Virus record (IMG/VR): IMGVR_UViG_3300046517_001837 | Reading direction: 5' to 3' (one strand) | Source: an uncultured virus (IMG/VR IMGVR_UViG_3300046517_001837) | Taxonomy: Duplodnaviria; Heunggongvirae; Uroviricota; Caudoviricetes | DNA: 64,000 bases | Shown: one piece after another, positions 58,873 through 64,000 of the stretch | How positions within the stretch are numbered: the first letter of the stretch is position 1 | How the letters are laid out: every line of letters begins with the position of its first letter | Translations under genes and position numbers: made by a program | Notes under the pieces: generated by a model | Seen by the model: the letters and a program-made list of their open reading frames with translations, nothing else | Databases searched by the model: none | What the model was told of the DNA's origin: nothing

Positions 58873-59604
58873 TCAGAGCCAGCGCCCGGCGACCGCGAAC
58901 GTAGTGAAGCCGCACGTGTAGCCTAGCAAAGAGTCCTGCTCGGGCGCCTTGGCGTTGGCCTGGTAGTCCACCGCGAAGCCGCTTTGGCTGTCGAGCGCGA
59001 CCGAGAACTGCGAGCCGTCCGCGGCCACGTCCCAAAACCAGAAGCGCCCGTTGCGGTACTCGCGGCTCTTCTGATCGGGGAAGCCAGGGCGAACCAGCGT
59101 CACGCCGTCGCCGCTACGCGCGAACGACCAGCGCTGCACCGCGAGCCCGTTCGCCGCGTACGGGTTCGAGCACCAGATCGTGCTGGGTAGTGGGGTCTGC
59201 ACGGCCTTGAGCACCGTCGTTGCGATCGTGACTTCGACCGTCTTGCCCTCGTACCAGAGCTTCGCGGGGTCTTGCGCAGGCGCGCCGGCATCGGCCTTGG
59301 GCTCGGCCGGAACAACCGAGCCGGCGTCCGGCGTGGCGCTCACAGGCGTGCCGGCGTCAGCCGTGAGAAGGGTGGCGGTGGCGGGGAGGGCGTCAGCTTC
59401 GGGCGTGGTGGGCATGTGGGGCATGCTACCCGCGTCGGGTTGCTCAAGCACCGCCGGCTCATCGTCGTAGGGCTTGGCAAACGCGGTTTTCGGCGCGCCG
59501 GTCTCTTCGGTGGTGTCTACCTGGTCGTAGTCGTGTGCGCCCGCGCAGCCCGTCAGCGCGAGAATGAACCGGATCCAGCCGATGATGTTTCGAAGCTTCT
59601 TCAC
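58873..59604 (-). CDS. Lipoprotein headed by repeat copy 4
   Basis: Start 'VKKLRNIIGWIRFILALTGC' lipobox; DAG-repeat linker. Confidence 0.65.
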   Translation of the reverse strand: MKKLRNIIGWIRFILALTGCAGAHDYDQVDTTEETGAPKTAFAKPYDDEPAVLEQPDAGSMPHMPTTPEADALPATATLLTADAGTPVSATPDAGSVVPAEPKADAGAPAQDPAKLWYEGKTVEVTIATTVLKAVQTPLPSTIWCSNPYAANGLAVQRWSFARSGDGVTLVRPGFPDQKSREYRNGRFWFWDVAADGSQFSVALDSQSGFAVDYQANAKAPEQDSLLGYTCGFTTFAVAGRWL

Positions 59605-59611
59605 GTCTTTT

Positions 59612-59683
59612 CCCATCTCTGCCGCGCTTGGCGGCCCCGTAAAGAGATCGTCGCGCGGTTCGTTTCCGACCGCAAGCGGAATC
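59612..59683 (-). repeat. Dispersed promoter/stem-loop/RBS element, copy 4 (most diverged)
   Basis: Leader identical; GATTCCGCTTGC conserved; palindrome degenerate. Confidence 0.88.
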
Positions 59684-59957
59684 AGGCGGCGCGCTGGGCC
59701 GCGTAGGCCGCAATCATCGCTTCGTGCGATTCGTAGCGGGTCGGCCCCCACACTGTCGCCGGTATCCAGCGCACGCCGCGGCCGCGGTGGCTGTTGTGTT
59801 TGATCCAGACCTCACCAGCCACCGCCGTGTGGCCGCACACCGCCCAGCGCTTGATCTCGAGCGCGGGAACCTCGGTCGTGACCGCAAGCACCCTGCAAAA
59901 CTCAGGGTTGAAGGTGTTTCCAGAAACGTAGACCTGACCGACTTTTGCGTTTTCCAT
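59682..59957 (-). CDS. Hypothetical protein between repeat copies 5 and 4
   Basis: ATG 7 nt after the RBS of copy 5; stop overlaps copy 4. Confidence 0.65.
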   Translation of the reverse strand: MENAKVGQVYVSGNTFNPEFCRVLAVTTEVPALEIKRWAVCGHTAVAGEVWIKHNSHRGRGVRWIPATVWGPTRYESHEAMIAAYAAQRAA

Positions 59958-59964
59958 CTGTCTT

Positions 59965-60038
59965 CCCCATCTCTGCCGCGCTTGGCGGCCCCGTAAGAAC
60001 AATCTTCAGCTATCCCAATACCGTTTGCAAACGGAATC
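59965..60038 (-). repeat. Dispersed promoter/stem-loop/RBS element, copy 5
   Basis: One mismatch to copies 1 and 2. Confidence 0.95.
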
Positions 60039-60056
60039 GTACGCGCGCGAGCAAAC

Positions 60057-61304
60057 CTACTTTGCCTTGCGCTTCCGCGTCTTGCGCCGCTTGGCTTCTT
60101 CCTCGGCCTGCGCTGCGCGCGCGCGGATCCCCGCCGTGGTCGCGCTTTTTGCAAGCTGCATTTCTTTCAGCTGCGTGCGCGCCGCGGTCTCGCGCTCGAG
60201 CGCGCGCGTCGCTTCCTCCCGATCAGCGTGCTCACCTACCAGCCGATCGGGGATGGGCTCGCCCCCCGTGCGCGCAGGTTCGGCAAGCTCCATGGCCGCC
60301 GCGCGCTCGCTCTCGGTGGGCGGTTCCGAGCTCGGCGTCTCTGCCCAGTGATCAAACCAGCCCAGCACCGTCTCGCGGTCGTGCGGGCGCGCTGGCGGGT
60401 GCTGGTACACGCGCCCCGCGCCATCGACGAACGGCTGATCGAGCTCGCGCACCTGGCCATGCACCGCGATCGAGTCCGCTGCTGTGCGCGCGTCAAAGGT
60501 GGCCACGATCTTCTTTTTGACGGGCTCGCCCTCCTTTTTCAACGCGTGCAGCCCTTCCATGGCTGCGCCGTTGTACGCATACGCGACCTCGGTTCGCACG
60601 ATGCGCTCGGCCCAGTACTTGCGCTCAACAAAGAGCCCCTGCTTGAAGCGGCCCTCGCGGATGCGCTGCACCACGCCCGGCGCCACTTCCTTCGCCACCA
60701 GGCTTACGCGCAGGCCCTTTGGCCCGCCGTGCGCCACCAGGCTCGCCACCATCTGATCCACCGTCGCGCCGCTCGTGAGCCCGACCTGAATGATCCGCGA
60801 GAACTGTTGAGCCATGCGCTGGCCGTACCGATCGAAGCTCGTAGCGACCCGCGTGGTCAGCGCCGCCTGAGGCCCGCGCCGCACATGGCTCTGCTGCATG
60901 GCCGCCAAGATGGACGGCGAGAGCGCAACGCCGCGGTAGGTCTGTTCGAGCTTGTCGAGCGTCTTGGCGCCGTCCCGTACGGCCTTGCCGATCGCGCGCT
61001 TGCCCGTGCGGGTGGTGATGCCGCCTGCCTTCTGCTTCACCGCTTCGATCGTGACGCCGATCTGTGTCTGATAGGCCTGCGCCTGCGCCATCGAAAAGGT
61101 TTTGCCCTTGTCGTTGCGCGCCAGGTACGCCAGGCGCACCGCCAGCTTCTTGTCAGCCTCATTGAGCACCGAGTGAAGGTCGCGCCTGGCGCCGCGCCCG
61201 TCGCCATCTTCGAGCGCCACGATGTGATCGGCCTGAACGATAGCCGCTTTGATGATCTTCTCAGCATCAAGCAGCATCGCGCTCGAGCGCTTCTTGGGCG
61301 CCAT
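60057..61304 (-). CDS. Minor head protein (MuF/SPP1 gp7-like)
   Basis: 'AERIVRTEVAYAYN...DARTA...VHGQVR...HPPARPHDR'; follows the portal. Confidence 0.85.
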   Translation of the reverse strand: MAPKKRSSAMLLDAEKIIKAAIVQADHIVALEDGDGRGARRDLHSVLNEADKKLAVRLAYLARNDKGKTFSMAQAQAYQTQIGVTIEAVKQKAGGITTRTGKRAIGKAVRDGAKTLDKLEQTYRGVALSPSILAAMQQSHVRRGPQAALTTRVATSFDRYGQRMAQQFSRIIQVGLTSGATVDQMVASLVAHGGPKGLRVSLVAKEVAPGVVQRIREGRFKQGLFVERKYWAERIVRTEVAYAYNGAAMEGLHALKKEGEPVKKKIVATFDARTAADSIAVHGQVRELDQPFVDGAGRVYQHPPARPHDRETVLGWFDHWAETPSSEPPTESERAAAMELAEPARTGGEPIPDRLVGEHADREEATRALERETAARTQLKEMQLAKSATTAGIRARAAQAEEEAKRRKTRKRKAK

Positions 61305-61310
61305 GCGCGC

Positions 61311-62933
61311 TTACTCGTCGCCGTCTTTGTCGTCGCCGCCGGCGCCCTCGATGCCCACCTGGGTTTTGAGCGCCTCGGCCGTGCGCTCTGCATCCTTGTC
61401 GGCGTCTGCTTCGATCTCTTGCAACTCGAGATCGGTGTCGACCACGCCGAAGAGGTGCCCCACGTAATCGACGCCGCTCTTTTGGCTGAGCAGCGGCTTT
61501 CCGCCCGTGGCCGCTTGCGCGATCGACACCGTGTCTTTCACGTCCTGGCTTGTGGGCTGGAAGTACGGGGGCCACTTGAGCGTGACCGACTCGACCTCGC
61601 CCGGGTCGAGATCCGGGGTCAGCGTCTCTTTGTGCTCCATGACGACGGCGCCCATGTCGTTCATGATCTGCAGCGCCGGCTTCGCACGCACCTTGCGCGC
61701 GACCTTGAGCACATCCTCAAGGATGCGCGTCAACGTGCTGCCGTATTGCGGGCGCAGCCGATTGCAGCGGGCGATCATGGGCGCGTATTGAAGCCGCTTG
61801 GCGGCCGCGCTCTGCGCCATCCCGCTCTTGGCCTCTTCGTCACGCGGGCGCACCACCTGGCACTCTTCGAGGATCGACACGCGTAGCTCGCTCATGAGCT
61901 CGAGCGCGGCCTTCACGCTGCCGCCCGCGAGCTCTAGGAACTCGGCGCCGCCCGGCGAGTGGATCACCGCGCCCGACCCCTTCGTCACCGGCTGCTCGTC
62001 GTCTTCGCTCTTGATCACCAGCGTGGGGTCGACGTTGAAGGTGGTCCCTTTGGTCGTCGCGCTCAGCAGGCGGTTGTATTCGTCGAACTTGTCTTCTAGG
62101 CCCTCGTAGTCGCCGTCGCCGTCTTCCTCTTCGGAGTTGGGCAAGTTCTGCGTCCAGTAAAACGGGCAGAAGCCAAAGCCGTGATCGCCGACGAACGAGG
62201 GCGCGATCTTGTCCATCCAGTCGGGTTGCTCAGCGAGCTCGGCCGGCACGGCTTCCCACGTGATGTCGACCGACATATCCCAATAGCGGACATACCAGAA
62301 GTCTTTGACCTTCCGCTCACCGCCTTCGAACACGGGCTTCTTGAACAGGTAGGCCTTGAGCACGCGCGCGGGCAGCAGCTTCTGCCGGTTCGCCCACTCG
62401 AGCACCGTGCAGTGCTTGGCGTTGTGGACGTCCACCGCAAAGGCGTTCGCGATCACGCCCAGGCTCAGGCAGGCGGTGCCATGCTGGCCCCCGTTGTCGC
62501 GCGCCTCGCCCATCTTCTGCGGCAACAGCATGAGCTTTGACCACTCACGCAGCGCCTTCTGCGCCGCGTCGTCGCCATCGACGTTGATCTCGGGGAAGGC
62601 GTCGCCGTCGACCGACATCTCGGTCAGGCTCGCCGTCACCAGGCGCGCGAAGCGCTTGCGCGTGCTCGGCCGCCGGCGGTCGAGCGACACGTAAAAGCCA
62701 GGCGCCATCGGCAACGGCTCAAGGCCGCCCATGCCGCGCGGCGAGCCGTTCCAGTCGTAGCGCTTGCCATCGTCCTGCGTGCCCCTGAAGTATTGCTCGA
62801 GCCGGTCCATGTAAAAGAACCGGTCGTTCTCGCAAAGCTTGCGCAGCGGCACGCGTGGCAGGAGCATCAGGGCCACTGACGCCATCGTGGAAGCCGGCGC
62901 GGGTGGCACGGTCGGAACGAGCGCTACGGACAC
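61311..62933 (-). CDS. Portal protein
   Basis: 540 aa; 'HGFGFCPFYWTQN...GDGDYEGL', 'AQSAAAKRL' and 'LKWPPYF'; upstream of MuF. Confidence 0.88.
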   Translation of the reverse strand: MSVALVPTVPPAPASTMASVALMLLPRVPLRKLCENDRFFYMDRLEQYFRGTQDDGKRYDWNGSPRGMGGLEPLPMAPGFYVSLDRRRPSTRKRFARLVTASLTEMSVDGDAFPEINVDGDDAAQKALREWSKLMLLPQKMGEARDNGGQHGTACLSLGVIANAFAVDVHNAKHCTVLEWANRQKLLPARVLKAYLFKKPVFEGGERKVKDFWYVRYWDMSVDITWEAVPAELAEQPDWMDKIAPSFVGDHGFGFCPFYWTQNLPNSEEEDGDGDYEGLEDKFDEYNRLLSATTKGTTFNVDPTLVIKSEDDEQPVTKGSGAVIHSPGGAEFLELAGGSVKAALELMSELRVSILEECQVVRPRDEEAKSGMAQSAAAKRLQYAPMIARCNRLRPQYGSTLTRILEDVLKVARKVRAKPALQIMNDMGAVVMEHKETLTPDLDPGEVESVTLKWPPYFQPTSQDVKDTVSIAQAATGGKPLLSQKSGVDYVGHLFGVVDTDLELQEIEADADKDAERTAEALKTQVGIEGAGGDDKDGDE

Positions 62934-63259
62934 GTCTTACCCCCTGCGCGTGGATTCTTTGGCGTCTCGTAGGTCTTCGGCCTGCATGGGTCGATCGCTG
63001 AGCATTTCGCCTTCACCGCCCCCTTGAAGGGCGAGCTTGCGCTGGGCTTGGGCGGCGACCTTTTCCTCGGCCTCGACCTTCGTCAGCCGGGCGTCGATGT
63101 CGGCTTCGCCCTTCAGCCGCCTTTGCCAGTCGATGCGGATCGTACGCAGCTCGACGGTGGCCTTTTCGGCGTCGCCGTGGAAGTGCTCGAACAGCACGCG
63201 TCCGAAGCGCACGGCCTCGACACCGACCTTCGCCCAGAACTCAAGCCATTCTGTGCCCA

Positions 63260-63694
63260 TCATGATCCTGGCCCTTTCGGTGAGAGGCCCTGCCAAGTGA
63301 CCTTGAGCTGCGCGAGCAATCGATCGAGCTCGCCGCTGTTGCCGGCACTATATGCGGCCTTGGCCAGTTCGTGCACGCGCACGACTTCAGTGAATTGCGC
63401 GTCGACCCGATCGCACTGCGCTCGGATGCCTGTCACCTGCGCTCGAGCGTCGGCGGCCGTGAGATCGTGGGCCTCGGCCTGCTTCGTGACCGCGTCTTGC
63501 TTGAGCAAGCACAGGTCGGTCGCGAGATCGTGTGCGGGCGGGATGCTGTCCGCGTAGAAGTCGAGCGCGGCATGGCTTAGGTCGAGTGCGCTCTTCGCGT
63601 CTTTGTTGATGGCAGCGCAGCCCTGGACGGCTTCGTACCCTGTGGCGACGACTCCCGCCCAGAGCCACAGGGAAATTGCAATTACGACGCGCAT
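63260..63694 (-). CDS. Putative lipoprotein/secreted helical protein
   Basis: Hydrophobic N-terminus followed by 'VQGC'. Confidence 0.5.
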   Translation of the reverse strand: MRVVIAISLWLWAGVVATGYEAVQGCAAINKDAKSALDLSHAALDFYADSIPPAHDLATDLCLLKQDAVTKQAEAHDLTAADARAQVTGIRAQCDRVDAQFTEVVRVHELAKAAYSAGNSGELDRLLAQLKVTWQGLSPKGPGS

Positions 63695-63757
63695 GGTCTG
63701 GCCCCCTTGGATTTGGGCCAGTGTGGCGCAGTCAGCGCGGCTTAGGCAACGCGGCTA

Positions 63758-64000
63758 TTAGGCGTCGAGGGGGCAGCAGTAGCCAGCTTCCTGGCAGATC
63801 GCAGGCCACCATTCGGCCTCAGTGCCGCAAAACAGGTCCTGGAAGTACACTTGGCAGATCATCGGTGCGTCTTCGATGCTCACCGCCTCGGCATAGGTGA
63901 AGGTCTGCACCTCTACGCCATCGATCGTGGCGTACTGACCGAGATACATGCCGTAGCCGTCGTTCCAGGCCGTGGCGTTGAGTCCATCGGACTGGGTGCA
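63758..64000 (-). CDS. Partial Cys-rich hypothetical protein (continues beyond the window)
   Basis: Frame open to the window edge; ends 'CQEAGYCCPLDA'. Confidence 0.45.
   Translation of the reverse strand, partial: CTQSDGLNATAWNDGYGMYLGQYATIDGVEVQTFTYAEAVSIEDAPMICQVYFQDLFCGTEAEWWPAICQEAGYCCPLDA

Noticed and set aside
5196..60038. Repeat element as a CRISPR array or IS ends
   Set aside because: Copies are dispersed and all in the same orientation, with no regular spacers, transposase or target duplications
1..64000. Integrase, tRNA genes, DNA polymerase, alternative genetic code
   Set aside because: No recognisable motifs; ORFs are intact under the standard code. These genes could lie outside the window.

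Overview
The window is almost entirely a very GC-rich tailed phage genome with a contractile tail (myovirus-like); the host cannot be determined from sequence alone. Nearly all genes are on the minus strand. Read from the right end, the order is portal, MuF-like minor head protein, an accessory insert, scaffold, major capsid, neck, sheath, tube, tail chaperones with a -1 frameshift, tape measure, baseplate, fibres and a lysis-like cassette. A plus-strand ERF/RecE recombination block follows, then a Cro-like gene, a methyltransferase, a replication initiator, RusA, a TerS-like gene, a second plus-strand block (HerA-like ATPase), and TerL. No integrase, tRNA or CRISPR array was recognised. The most notable observations are these. 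(1) Five dispersed copies of a ~74-bp element combining a promoter, a palindrome, a stem-loop leader and an RBS, each heading small orphan genes. (2) A clear Tad1-family anti-Thoeris sponge inside the neck module, plus three further candidate nucleotide-signal sponges. (3) An orphan HigA-like antitoxin missing its DNA-binding helices. (4) A predicted ~75-nt antisense RNA against the replication-initiator leader. (5) A recurrent leaderless-promoter pattern. (6) Several structured intergenic RNA candidates. (7) A His-Cys protease-like gene where an endolysin would be expected. Protein family calls come from recalled motifs, not database searches.
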